A stretch of 64,000 nt of DNA from Lama glama (taxonomy: Eukaryota): NCBI GenBank assembly GCA_028534125.1, contig CM052818.1, positions 16,246,001 to 16,310,000 of the forward strand, written 5' to 3'. Position 1 is the stretch's first letter; each line of letters opens with the position of its first letter. The position numbers and the translations under genes are program-made. Of the stretch, positions 1 through 13,199 are shown piece after piece. Under the pieces are notes generated by a model. The model was not told where the DNA came from and searched no databases. It worked only from the letters and a program-made list of their open reading frames with translations.

Positions 1-479
1 AGATGGCGATTAAAAGGCTGACTATGAGAAATGGGGTGGTGTAGGGGACAACAGACACTAGGCCTAGCTGTCCTCACGTCACACTGCACAGTAATACTGA
101 AAGTACATAGGGATGTGTGTCCAAGATGCTCCTTGATGCTAGTAGAACAGACTGCCTTTCAGAGGCAACCTTCATTTGTTGGCTCCACCCGAGTAAATCT
201 AGAGAAAGGAGCATGGATGATAAAAGTGCAGTCAGATTCCTAGAAAATTATAGCCTAGTAGTGATGCTAGGAAATGGAGGATTTATAGTAAGTCTCAGTG
301 AGGGGGAAATATCCACCAAAAAACAAATGTTGGAGAATTTAAAAGTCATTCTACAGCTCCTTTTTTTTTTTTTCTCTCTTTTGGTGAAATAAGAACTCTG
401 CCTATAAAAACTGCTTAGGGCAATTATCTTCATCCACCGAAGAAGTTAATTAAAATACACATTTTAAATTTATCTCCAT

Positions 480-635
480 ATTTGGTAAGTAACATAAACT
501 CCTTGAACCTTCATGTTTTGTTCCATAAAACAGAGATGACAATAATTATGCATAGACTTATTTTAGGATTCAAATTAATAATACATGAAAAACACCTGGC
601 ACTGAGCAGGCCTTCCATGAACCTAAGTACTCACT
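480..635 (+). mobile_element. MIR SINE remnant
   Basis: Degenerate MIR core/tail (ttggtaagtaacataaactccttgaaccttcatgttttgttccataaaacagag...aacacctggcactgagcagg); boundaries approximate. Confidence 0.55.
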
Positions 636-1949
636 TTTGTTTTTCTATGTCATGACAGGACCAAAGACTCTTTTGCTGTTAACTTAGAAGAAGTGATTAT
701 ATAATTATGTCTCCAAGCTATTATCATTCCTTTTCTAACCCTTACCCCTCTCTCATCAATGAAAATAGCCTTCAACATAGTTTATAAATAAGGCACTACC
801 AACTCAGTTCATCTTTGCACAATTAGTTCAAGTGGTTAAGCTGTATTGTTAATAACTACAGCAGAATGGTTTTGATTTCAATAAAATAGAAAAAGAAAAA
901 CCAAAAAATTTGGCTTTACTGACAAGACTACAAACCTAGCCATTTTAAATAATCTCATTATAACGTGCTATTTGTCAAAAGAAGGTTCTCTTACAATGGA
1001 GAAAAAGGCAGTCCATTACTACTGCAGGTAAAAGTGATCTCAAATTGAGTGAATAACACCATCATTATGTGTCCAAAATGACACTCTCTCCCCCCAGTGC
1101 AGACAACTCCAAACAGGAAGTTTGAGCTCTATTTGGGGTAAGAAGAATAGAAACAAGCTAGTGACAGTTAAAAACTAAGAGAAAGACATACTTTTTCAGT
1201 TCTACATGGGCTTCTTCAACTTGTCAAGGATTTGGGACTAGGGAGGGCATAACACATAATGATTAAAAAAAGATTTTATATTAAATATCATTTAGGGATT
1301 TTTAAGAGATCTCTGCATGAGCTAAGTGGATGTAGTTTTCCTAGTCCAATTAAGTTATAGCCTGGAATACTGAAAAAACTTGCAGATGAGAATGCTCCAC
1401 TTCAATAATCTTTAATGAACTAGGGAGAGGTTGCTATAAGCTGGAGATAAACAAAATTCTAAATGTTTAAATATTTTTAAATTACAAAAAAATTATATTA
1501 AGCTATGGAGTTGTATAAATAATGCAAATATTGAAAAAAAACTGTATCAAACTTTTAGAAATAAATATATTAAGCATTTTGAATAGGCAGGAATCCACTA
1601 AAAGCAAGTGAAGCCAGCAAATTTTATATGTGTGTGTCTGCATGTGTGTATACTATATACTATGTGTGATTCTGATTTTTCAAGACTGCTGTAGACATAC
1701 CATAATACTGATTTAAATAAAGTTTTGACAAAGCCCCTCATGATATTTATAGGGTCAAAATGGAGATGGGTAGATAAGGCAAATGAAGCCAGAATACTTA
1801 GAAAATATGTGTCAGAAAGTGTTTAGTAATAGATGAATATCTCTCAATTATATGTAACAGGGTCTTAACTTGTTTTTATATCAGTGATATGAAAGAGAAT
1901 ATACACAATAAGATATACACAATATACACAGTAGAAGCTCCCTCGTTCT

Positions 1950-2160
1950 GTGGGGGAATCAGGCATGATTCGAAAACTTGGATGGGAGACCTTGGCAAGT
2001 TTACTCAACCTTTTTACACGTTCATTCCCTCATTTCTGAATTGTGGAAAATATTACCTTCTTCTTAGAATGTTGCAGCTTAAATACAAAGATGCATATAA
2101 AGTTCCTAGCACATAGCTTGCCATTTGCTAAGAATTCAAGAAATTACTATTGATACTATA
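1950..2160 (+). mobile_element. MIR SINE
   Basis: gaccttggcaagtttactcaacc...ttccctcatttctgaattgtgga...gcatataaagttcctagcacatag resembles the MIR core and 3' end. Confidence 0.7.
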
Positions 2161-4688
2161 ATTAGGACTGTAGTTATAGTCCTACTTTACGTTTTGGGGT
2201 CTTTTCTTTGTCTTTCACTTACCAGTTACATTATTTCTTGTTTCTTTGCCTTTCACTCATTCAAACATCTTAAGGACTCTACCATGTATGCAGAGGACAC
2301 TGGCTCTACCTACATTTGGCACCATTTTATTCACAATAGTATTTCCTAAAATAGTTTTTTCCATTTGACCTTCCATGATCAAGGTTAAACAGCCTTCCTT
2401 AGCCTCATCCTAAATGAGAGAAAACATTTCCTAGCTAATATCCTTGCTGACAGGCTTTCTTTATCTCCATTTATTTAGAAATCCTGCCAAATTCACTTGC
2501 CCAAAAACCATGTCTAGAATACTACTCTATAGAACAAAACATATATTGGCACTATCCCACTCTTAGGAAAACTTTGGCTTCCTTACTTTGATGCTGACCT
2601 TTCAGCATCATTCCCATGTTACCACAGCAGCTTTGGGTGTCTGCACTTTCCTTTAGGACTCTCTGTTTTTTCCCACTGTCCCTATACTTCCTGAGCTTCA
2701 AGTGAGTACCTTTTCTTTTCATCCTCCTTCTTTTGTTTCCTAATGCTATTTCCACCAGCTTAAATTGTCTACTCAAAGTCTTTCTTATGCAAGCCCATAT
2801 TGATGCAGCTGTCCCATACTCATCATCCAGATTTAATTATAAAATTCTTTGCTATGCCAGGTTAATAAGTCTCCTTTTGGAACTTTATGTGTCATGTATA
2901 TCCTCATTTCCCTAGCTAGATATTAAGAAACACAGACCATCTTTTTCCCCCTTAAAACTACTATAAATAGAAATGCATTATGCACAAATTTGCTTATATT
3001 GAATATATTAACAAAACTGCTAATTGATCAATTCTCTCAACACTGAATCCATGCTATGGTTCAGGGTCATGTAAATCCAAAAGTGTACCAAACAGTGTTA
3101 GTTTGTTAAGCAGACTCCAGTAATGTGAATTAAATTATCTGCAGGGAGATTTCCCTTATCCACTAGGACGGCGCATACTGATGATATGTTAATAATATTT
3201 TACTGACACATATATTCCGTCAACAGTGTGTGGATTTCTTTCTATTTTCTGTCTCTAGGGACTTCACCAAAGATGCTTTTATAGCTAGAACAAAGGCTTG
3301 GGTTTCCCCATGATGCTCTATCATTGCTTAATATATCATGAAGTACAGTCACAGCTAGCAATTGCCAGAATTTCCTATTCCCGCATATAAACCTTTATAA
3401 AGCATGTTCTAAAAAATGAAGGGAAAAAAAATCCACTGGACTTTCATATATTCTTCCCTAAGGCTTACATTGAACAATAAGCTCAATATGGTGCTGTACA
3501 TCATGCTGCTGAGCTGCCAGAAGAATTCAAACCTGGCTAAGCACAAGAGCCAAGGGAGCTATTAGCATGCTTCTAAGCCCAGAACTTAACATTCCGAATG
3601 AGACTAATGTCACAAGTTCCTTTGGAATGTGATTTTTCTTGATTCTTTTCCACTTGAATGTGTGAAAGTAAGAGGGAGGCTGAAGCAGTAGGAGAGGGAG
3701 GCAGAGTGTGTCTAGAGTGATGACACATTTAAAAATACCATCTTGAGAAGCCTTGAGCTCTTTAGCTCTGGATTCTAAATATAGTTATGCCAACAGGAGA
3801 AAAGTGTACCAGTTGGTCTTTCAGAAAGCTGTTTCTGCACCAGGTAAAGATGACTCACCCAGGGGAGTGAGGGAGTCAGGCTGTGATGTGCCATTTCAGC
3901 ATTTCCTTACTGAAGCCTTCAGGGGCAGTTCCTTCCCAGAAAGCCACACTCTCCTCAGAGAATAGAGGAATAATAACACATCAATACTGAATTCCTAGCA
4001 TTAGGTCATCGTCAATCCCCTCAAAAGACCCCGATTTTTTTTTTACAAAAAGGCTTTCCAGGTAATGACTCTCACTGGCAAGGAATGTATACAAAAAAAA
4101 AAACTGCAGTAGGTATTGTTTCATCTTGTTCACATGCTGGCTTTAATTTTTTTTTTCCCCAATAAGATTGACTTTTTGTAGGGGATCTAAAACTACTGTT
4201 GCATTAAACAGATTTTTAACATTCCAAACAATAAGTTGAGCAGTACCATATAAAGGAAAAGCTCATAGTTATTACATTATTTTTGCTTATTCTTTTCTAC
4301 TAGAATGCACATATGCAAACACAATTTCCTAATACCTTTTAAACCATCAAATCTATTTGAGCCTAGTGTTAAAACTAAGTGTGAAGTCAGCTACTATAGT
4401 TCTTGCCCACTATATATTTATTGTGTTGACTAGATTTATTGCATTTAAAGAGCTACATGTTCGTAAGTTGATTCCTAACCAGGGCTATTTAAAAACCTCT
4501 TATGATGAGCTAACTATAACGAACTTGCCATCTGCGTCTTTTAGGAAGCAAAAGTTTTAAATTTAGTCAACTCTTGTTGGCATTCTACTTTTCAGTCCAA
4601 CCTCTTCTGTAAATCCCTTTCTCCAGATCTCTAATTCTGGAGGTGTCAGGGTAGAGAGTAGAACAGACTGATTTGTTTGCAAGAATTA

Positions 4689-5129
4689 TGTTGAAAATCA
4701 AAAAATAGCAAAGTTAGAATGACTAAATCAATAAATAGTATTGAGTGAGAATTTACGGTGCATGTAATAAGTTTGCAAACTAGGAGCTTTCAAATTCAAA
4801 GACTGATGTGAAGATCAGGGGCATGAAGTTACAGGATGGCTTATGAAGTGAAAGAAGCTGTTAAACCTTATAATGATTGGTTACTGCAATGAGAGTTCCC
4901 AGACGGCAGGGAATGGTTAAAAGTGGTTATCTCATACCATATTTAGGAAGATCACTTTGGTTTCTTCTATCAGTGTCAGAGGCATTTACAAGAAATCACC
5001 TAAGTTAAATTTTGCTTACATTCATAAAATAAGTTATATTTATTTAGTTTTGTCTGCATGGCTTAAATGATGTTTTGTCTGCTCAGGGAAGTTTCACATC
5101 CAGTTTCCATTTGGTACTTAATTTGAACA
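4689..5129 (-). mobile_element. ERV1-type LTR (3' LTR of provirus; LTR37/MER4-group-like)
   Basis: TG...CA termini; aligns along its length with 8258-8684; on the minus strand it is preceded by a polypurine tract (plus strand atttcctactttttt at 5130-5144). Family name from recall only. Confidence 0.88.
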
Positions 5130-8100
5130 ATTTCCTACTTTTTTGCTGAGAACGTGACCAACAATTATAGCACTACTTTTGTTTACTAGTGTTGATACTG
5201 AAACCAGCAATGTTTTAAAGAAAGTCATAAAAATTATAATAATCTTCATCATTTCATTCACTCTCCTGTAATTAATTTTTGTTTTGTTTCATCTTGGGTT
5301 AATAGCTTTATGAATCAATAGGTTTTCGATTAAAGTTTCAGAAATTCTTATCCAGTTGAGTGTTATGATTTAAAGTTACAGAAACTTGTATTCTAGAGTA
5401 ATTGTCAGCATTTTTTCCATGAAACTCTTTGAAGATGAACCATTCTGTCTATATAGTTGATTATAAATATTTTCACAAAAGTATCAAGAGTAAAATATGA
5501 ACTGTGAGTGACAAAAGATTTTAAAACAGCCATGGTTACAGATCTAGTGAAAGTTCATCAAAAAATAATGCAACTAAGAAGCAAGTTGTTAATTTCTGTA
5601 ATATATATATTATAAAATACTAACCAGAATTATGATAGATAAATATTATACTAGGACAGATCTAGATTTTGAGGAGTTACATATAATTTCCAAAACACAT
5701 ATTAATAATATATACCTATGTAAATAAATATAAAAAGTTTAAACATTACTTTTTGATGTTTCCCATGCAATTTAACATCATGCTTAAATAAATTAACATT
5801 TCTTTCCTACAAGGAAAGAGAGTAAATCTTTTGAGATATTCCAAAGACCCTCTGGAGAATCACAAAGTTAGTTTGAGGTCAAAAAGACTTCATTCAGAAT
5901 ATAATTTGGGGAAATTTGTTAAAAATGTCAAAATATTCAAAACATTTGATCAAAGAAGAGTATAAATCGCTGTAAAAAAATACTTATCCATTCAACCAAA
6001 GTGACAGTTAAAAGATATCAAAGACAAATACAGAAAACTATGTAGTTGTAAAAACCTTAGCTCTTTTAATATTGAAAAGACTCGGTTTTCCTAAGTAATC
6101 AAAGATCTGATAAAGGCAACAAAGACACAGAACCTTTGTTTCTTAGGCAAATTACATTAAAGGCAAAGAAAAACCTCTTATAATCTTTTATTAAGAGCTG
6201 ACTGGGAGTTCGGGCTTTTTTAGCATCAGTTGTCACGGACTTACGGTGCCTTACAAGAAACACTGCACTTTCCTTCACCACAAAAAAACAAAACAAAACA
6301 AACAAACAAAAAAGAGCAGACCAGACCAATAGTACAAGAAACTCATTGTTTAGCAGATAAAAGGCAATTAAATTTTAGGTCTACATATGTGCACTATTTA
6401 ATAAAGCTTATTTTTAAAACTCTTTATAATAAATTCATTCAATTTTAGCCAGCTTTGATCTCACAACATAAAATTTCTTTTCCATAAATCTTCTGCAACT
6501 TTCCATCCCCATTTAGGTTTTGTCTTCCTTTCCTATTCTGAAACCATCCGTTATTTTATTTCAGATATTACTCTCTTTTACCTTAACAAAAACACATTCC
6601 ACATTTGTTGCATACTCCTCATACAAAAATGTATCCCAATTTCTTCCCACACTTAATATACAAAGTTGTTTCCATTCATTCTTACTGATTTAAGCAGTTC
6701 TACTGTTACATACTGATTATAAATTTTAACTATAAATCTTTACTTTCCAGTGAAAGTAGGCGATTGTGAACTATCATATATTAGCAGCACATAGCGAATA
6801 TATGTTTTTCATATTATAATTTTAATGTGGCCAAAGATATGTTTATTAATAAATCGAAATGTCCTTTGTCTCTTCGTAAAACTTAAGAAGCTAAAAGTTG
6901 GTAAGTTTAAAATTACATTTAGCAATCAATGTCTCAATATGTCTTATATGGAAATGATCTAGTTACTCAGTAAATATCATTATCTAGTTTAATTTAGTAT
7001 AAACTTTTATTCACATTTATTTAAATTACTTGTTTTTAACAATTATGATTAGATTCGAAATCAAATAGTTAACTACCATCTCAAGTTATTTTTCTTGCAG
7101 AAGACTTTATAACAGAGTTAGCATACTCCTTTTTGACTAGTAAATCCAGCTAGAAAAAGTTGTACATTTTCACTAAATTTAATACTGACAATTCTAAAGA
7201 CATGCCTGTTTTGATGAGACCAACATACTTAAACTAGTTTTTATTTATAAAAGATTATCTCAAATCATGTAAACTCAAAAAACATTTCAATTAGTTTCTG
7301 TATTTCTGACAGTATATCTGTTTTATATAAATACTTTTTTTTTTGAAGACAATTAAATAGATCTCTTTGCAAATTAATTTTGGCAATATCATCCAAAGGT
7401 AGAAAAATATCACATACTTAAAACACACACATGGACATATATAATATACAGACAGACACAGAAATCTTTTAGCTTTTGTTTTTAAACACTCTACCTATAT
7501 CTCAGATACAAAATTCAAAAGAATAGATGGATCTAAATTGTTTCTGGTAGATGGACAAGATTATCTGCTCAGATAGCCAAAGTTTTTTACTAAAGATTTT
7601 TAGTTTATGCACTGTAAAAATTCTTTAAGAGAAGCTATTTTTTGGAGTCATTTTGTCTTGTAGAAGCTTCTGAAGCAGTTATCAATCAAGGAATGCATTT
7701 CATTGTCTCTGAGAGGTTTGGAATCCTCTCTTTTAAGGGTACCCTTTAAGGTGGACTTGCTTAAAACAAAGTTTCCCTAGAATGGCCACTGCAATTTCAA
7801 ATTATTCAAAAGTGTACCCATTTTCCAGAAAGACACAAGATCCTGGTCCCTAACAGGGATACACATAAGAGGCAAGAGTCTTTAAAGAAGAAGGAGAAGG
7901 AGATTTTGATCAGGTAGAACACATTCTGCTTTTAGATTCTCTGAAACAAATAATCTATGAACCAGGTCATCTGACCACTGCCTAAAACCCAGGGAATCAT
8001 AGGTTTCTTCCTTTATAGACAGAACAATGACTTACCAAGAAACTTCAACAAACAGAATACAAGTATGCATAGTAAAGTTTGAAAGCTCAAAATGAAAAGA

Positions 8101-8257
8101 GTGCAGAGTTCAGTTCCAAGAGAGACTTACCTTAAACTCCATGGTTATCCAGAAAGCAGTGAATTCAACGGATTCCGTGGGTACCAGCATCTGGTTGCTC
8201 ACCAGTCTCAGAGTTGTTGAGGTATTCTTTGGATCTCACATATCTAATGCCATAAAC
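5130..8257 (-). mobile_element. Non-autonomous ERV internal region (MER4-group-like), no intact gag/pol/env
   Basis: Lies between two homologous LTRs; PPT at the left end, TGG-containing PBS-like position near 8240-8255; no long ORF. Confidence 0.78.
6204..6311 (+). mobile_element. Short polyadenylated retrocopy (LTR R-region-like) with TSD
   Basis: 78-nt body 6204-6281, A-rich tail 6282-6311, direct repeats aagagctgact (6193-6203) / aagagcagacc (6312-6322), tt|aaga target site. Confidence 0.7.
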
Positions 8258-8684
8258 TGTTAAAAATCCAGAAATAGCAAAATTAAAACCACTAAATCAA
8301 TAAATAGTATTGAGTAAGAATTTTTTGTGCAAATACAAATAGTTCACAAACTCATAACTTACAAACTCAAAGACTGATAGAAGCTCAGGGGTGTGTTTCA
8401 CAATAACTTATGAAGTGAAATGAGGAAGTTGTTAACCTTTTCAATGACTAATTATAATGGAGAATTCTAGATAACAGGGGTTTGGTTAAATGTGATTATC
8501 ACACACCATATTTAGGAGGGTGATTTGTTTCTTTTATAATTGTAAGAGGCATTTATAAGAGATAACCTAAATTAAGCTTTGCTTACATTCATGAAATAAG
8601 CTAGATTTAGTTTTGATTTCATGGCTTAAATGGCTTTATCTGCTCAGGGAATTCTCAAGACCAGTCTCCATTTTGTATTTAACA
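8258..8684 (-). mobile_element. ERV1-type LTR (5' LTR of provirus)
   Basis: TG...CA termini; homologous to 4689-5129 (8 mismatches in the first 66 aligned nt; shared actaaatcaataaatagtattgagt, accatatttagga, gcttacattcat, tctgctcaggga). Confidence 0.88.
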
Positions 8685-10024
8685 GTTGAAAACAGAAGAA
8701 ATCACTTAACTCTAACTTCATTTAGTGGTGATGATTTAATATCCTAGCTCAGCTCCTCCTTCACCCTTCCTCACTCCCCTTTAAAACAAGAGGTCAAGAT
8801 GCTACCAATACATCCGCCACTGTCATCTCGTGAAGCCAGAGGGGTTAGGGGTGTTGAAGGGAGAAGCACCCACACTGGGAATCACAGCAGAAGGTGAAGT
8901 TTTCATCAGCCTTTTTAAGCATGATGTTTTAAATAAGGATAATTAACTTTACAAAAAAGAAAGAAATTTATCTTTGAAAATCTCCAATCCACACAATGGA
9001 TGTTTTCAATACAGTGTTCCTTTCTACTCCCACCACATCCTACTGTTGGGTGTTCCCACCTCCCAGCCTTCCTTCCCAGAAGGACAAAGGTATGCCTGGG
9101 AGCCCAATCAAGCCAACTTTTCCCAGGTGATGAGCCAGGGGCCTAGGCCTGGCTGCAGGCAAGCAGATAAAAGGAGGGTTAGGTGAGATATTGGAGACCT
9201 CAATGACTGTTCAATTTGGTAGCTACCTAGTCTTATAATCCTCATTATCAAATGCTTCAATATGCTTATCTGCATCATCTCATTTTTTTTTCTATCAAAA
9301 GACTTACACATACCAATCAAGGACACAGAATATAAGTGACTGACTAAAGCCAAAATTGTATCTGATGTTTCATATTAACATTTTTAACACTGATAATATC
9401 CCATGCCAAAATTATTTGTCCCACTTCACTCTTCCCATAAACAAAAAATAACAATGTAGCTCAGTTTTAGGGCAAAACTGAGTAAACCTGAGAAAAATGT
9501 ATTGATTATGAAGCCTTAGCACCTTTACAGAGCCTTATCTATCAAAGGCCTCCTCCTACCACTGATAGCTATAAATGTCAAGGACTGCCCAGATTTGCAA
9601 ATTCTGCTTTACAAGTCTTGAAGACTATCTAACGATTTCAATGGGAATAAACTGAGCAACAATAATATCATGAATTTTTAATGGCAGAGAAACAAATAAT
9701 CATGCACAACATGACTTTCAAGCCATCCCTAATAAGGTCTCTGTGTTAGCATTTTCACTATTTCTTCCTGGTATTTATTCTTTTTTTTTATTTGAATAAG
9801 TATATATTAGAGTGATTTGAAAACTTACTTAGTTAAGAATTCAAGTTGATACTTCTGGTTGCCCTTTTAATGGATGTATATTTATTTATACATACTTATT
9901 TAGAAGAATGTAGGTAGAAGTTACTCAAAATCTGAAAGTGACTACTGTTAAAACAAATCATTTATAATCAAGGACAAAAATAAAACCATGATTTTCAGAC
10001 AAAATCTAAGAGCAGTGAATGATT

Positions 10025-10715
10025 ATTTTAAGTCAGAATTACTGAAATATAATATACATATAGTGAAATTTATTACCCTTTTGGTACAGTTCTATGTATT
10101 TTTTCAAATACTTATTTATATAATTATTATTACAAATAGGATAAAGAACATTTCCACAACTCTACCAAGTTCTCTCATACCCCTTTTAAATCAATCCTTT
10201 CCCTAACCTGAGAACCTAGAAACCACTTATCTGTTATCTATCTCTATAGTTTTGCACTTTCCAAAATGTCATAGAAATGGACTCATGGGGAACACAGTTT
10301 TTTGAGTCTAACTTTTCTTTTGTATTTGAGATTAATCCTTGTTATCTGTGTGTATTAGTAGTTTGTTCCTTTATATTACTGAGTAGCATCCCATCCACTA
10401 TATGGAAGTAATACCATTTATTTCTACATTCACCTATTGAGAGATATTTGGGTTGGTTCCAGTTTTTAGTAATTATGATTAGAGCTCTTATCAACCTTGT
10501 TTACAAGTTCTGTGTGAACATAAGTTTTCATTTACCTATATAGTAAGTGCCTAGTATTGGCGTTGTGGGACTATATGGTAAGTACATATTTAACATCATA
10601 AGAAACTGTCTAACAAAAGGGCTGTATCATTTTTTTTTTATTCCCACCAGCAGTTTATGAGAGTTTCAGTTCTTCACATCCAAACTGGTTTTCTTGCATT
10701 CTAATTTGTGTTATT
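10025..10715 (-). mobile_element. L1M (L1MB/MC-type) 3' fragment
   Basis: Antisense L1 3'UTR/ORF2-end motifs (gatatttgggttggttccagttttt, cccaccagcagtttatgagagtttcagtt). Confidence 0.8.
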
Positions 10716-11909
10716 TAAGCAGTCATCCATCCACCCATCCATCCACCCACCTATTTATTATTTATTTACTTGAGAAATATCTTATTTTGGTGATTTATAA
10801 GTTTATGATAAAAGTTCACCCTGATGCTTTTACTTGCCCTTTTAATGAATCTAGGTAAGTACAAAAGAGAAGTCAGTTGATGACAGAAAATTATTACTGA
10901 AGTAAATTATTTATAAATAAAGACAAGGATAAAAACTATAATATTTCATAAACCCTAAGATTATGATATTATTTTAAATATTCAGATCCACATAAGTAAC
11001 AATAATATAGAGTTATTGTTCATAAATCTATTGCATTGGAATATTACCACTGGTGATCCTTTAAGACTACATTAACATATGTCAAAAACACTATTAACTA
11101 AAGTATCAACCTGTTTATAAGTTTACTATTGCTCTCCATTCCTCATCTTCTCTGACCCTTTTGATATTTTGTTATGTTTATCATGGTATATAAATAATGA
11201 TTTATACATGATATTAGGCAAACTATAACAAAATGAATAATCAGAATCTTAATGTCTGTCATGTAAGATCAGCAAATACTATAATGAAAGGTATATTCAT
11301 GATATAAGGAAATAATGTGTTCAATTAAAAATACTAACATTTTATTCAAGCAATAAAGCTAAGTTAATATAATATTACAGAAAGAAAAACAGAAGTTTTG
11401 ACAGGTTAAAGAGCTAACATTTTCCCACATTAGCAAAATGATGTATTACTATGTGAAACTTTTTTTGTTTTCATTACACGATTGACTCATGCCTTGTGCA
11501 AAACTGAATGTGACTGAAGCTATTTAAGCCTGAAGTAAAAAACAGTAAAGACTGACTTAATTGCTATCAATCAAAACCTAATAATTAATAGAGGAAGTAT
11601 CAAACTGAGAACTAAGATACAAGAAAAAGAAAAAGAAAAAGATGTTAAGTATGACTGAGGTTGAGAAGCCTCAGCTCTGGAGATCTCATTTCAGAGAACA
11701 CAGTGGCATCTGTTCTTCAAAGTTTGGACATTCAAGATTCTAAAGGTAAGGGAATATTATTGAGGTCCCTTCCAAGTACACAGTTCAGAAATTATGCTTC
11801 ATACCTCTCAATAAACACAGTGAAGACAAAAGAAAATCTAAATAGAAAATGCCTATTTTATTTTTAGAAACTTTTTTCTAAAGTTTGTCTAAAACTGGAC
11901 TAGTATATA

Positions 11910-13180
11910 ATTTTTAATTGTTTCATTAATGTGTAACTGATATATGACAAACTGCATGTGTTTCAAGTGTACAGTTTATAAGTTTTAAAATAGGCAAACA
12001 TGGATCAAACAATTACACTCTAAAGACAATGAACAATTTTCTTTCTGTTTTTAATCCTTCCTTTCCACCTTCTCCTGTACCCATCTGCATTGCTATGCAA
12101 CCACTCATGTGCTTTTTTGTCAATGTAGATTAGTTTGTATTTACTAGAACAGTATATAAATTAAATCATATCATATGTACTTTTGTCTGACTTCCCTCAT
12201 TCAGCATAATTCTTTTCATCTCCATCCATGTTGTAGCTTTTATCGATATTTCATTTATTTATTTTGCTAAGCAGTACCCCATATCATAGATGTATTATAA
12301 CCTTCACCTGTTTATAGATATGTGAGTCATTTCCAAGGGAATTATGAATAAAGCAGTTATAAACATTCTCAAACATATTTTAGTAAATATTTTATTTCTC
12401 TTTAATAAATATCAAGATGTTCAATGGCTACGTCATATGAAGGATATATGTTTAAATGTTAAGAAACTGCTTTCCAAAATAATTGTTCCGTTTTACATTC
12501 TCTCTGGCAGTGTGGTTGTCATCTGCCTTGTCCTAATAACAAATAATATTGAGCATCCTTTTGTGTGCTTATTTGCCATTAGTATATCTTTGCTGGTAAT
12601 ACATCTGTTCAAATCATTTGCCCATTCTTTTTATCAGGTTTTTATTTCCTATTACGGAGTTTTTGAGAGTTCCGTATATATTCTAGGAATTATTCCGTTA
12701 CCAGTTATATACATTGGAAATGCTTTCTTTCACTCTGTGGCTTGTCTTTTATTCTCTTAACTCTATCTAACAACATGAACCTTTAATTTTGCAGAAAACA
12801 TTTTGTCAATTAATTCCATTATCAATCATATTTATGGCACACTTCAAAATTTTTCTAATTTTAAGATCAGAGAGGTCATTTTCCTATATTTTCTTCTAGA
12901 TGTTTTCTAATTTTAGGTTTTTAAATTTAGGTCTATGTTCAATTTTGAGTTAATTTTGATCAGCAGTGTGACATATTTTAATTTTTATTCTTATAGATAT
13001 CCAATCGATATTATATTGTTTACTAAAAACAGAAGCTAATCTCCACTGAATTGCTTTTGCATCTGTGTTATAAACCAGTTGTGTGTGTGTGTGTGTGTGT
13101 GTATACATGGATCTATTTCAGGAATCTCTTTTTTGTTCCATTTATCTATTTGTCTATTTTTATGCCAATACCACATTAAT
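11910..13180 (-). mobile_element. L1M 3'UTR + ORF2 remnant
   Basis: Antisense L1 motifs (gagcatccttttgtgtgcttatttgccatt, atttaggtctatgttcaattttgagttaatttt); ORF 12344-12760 is a typical antisense L1 reading. Confidence 0.82.
13081..13102. repeat. (GT)n microsatellite
   Basis: gtgtgtgtgtgtgtgtgtgtgt. Confidence 0.95.
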
Positions 13181-13199
13181 TGAAAACTCCTTTTTCTCT

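Noticed and set aside
996..1143. Plus-strand ATG..CAG|gtaaaa followed by cag|40-nt|gtaaga mini-exon pair
   Set aside because: 70-nt intron is marginal and the spliced product stops after 19 codons; no other support
11695..11745. 51-nt in-frame exon-like segment (NTVASVLQSLDIQDSK) with AG/GTAAG ends
   Set aside because: Context resembles a decayed L3/CR1 or MIR3 tail (gaggtcccttccaag); peptide not recognised
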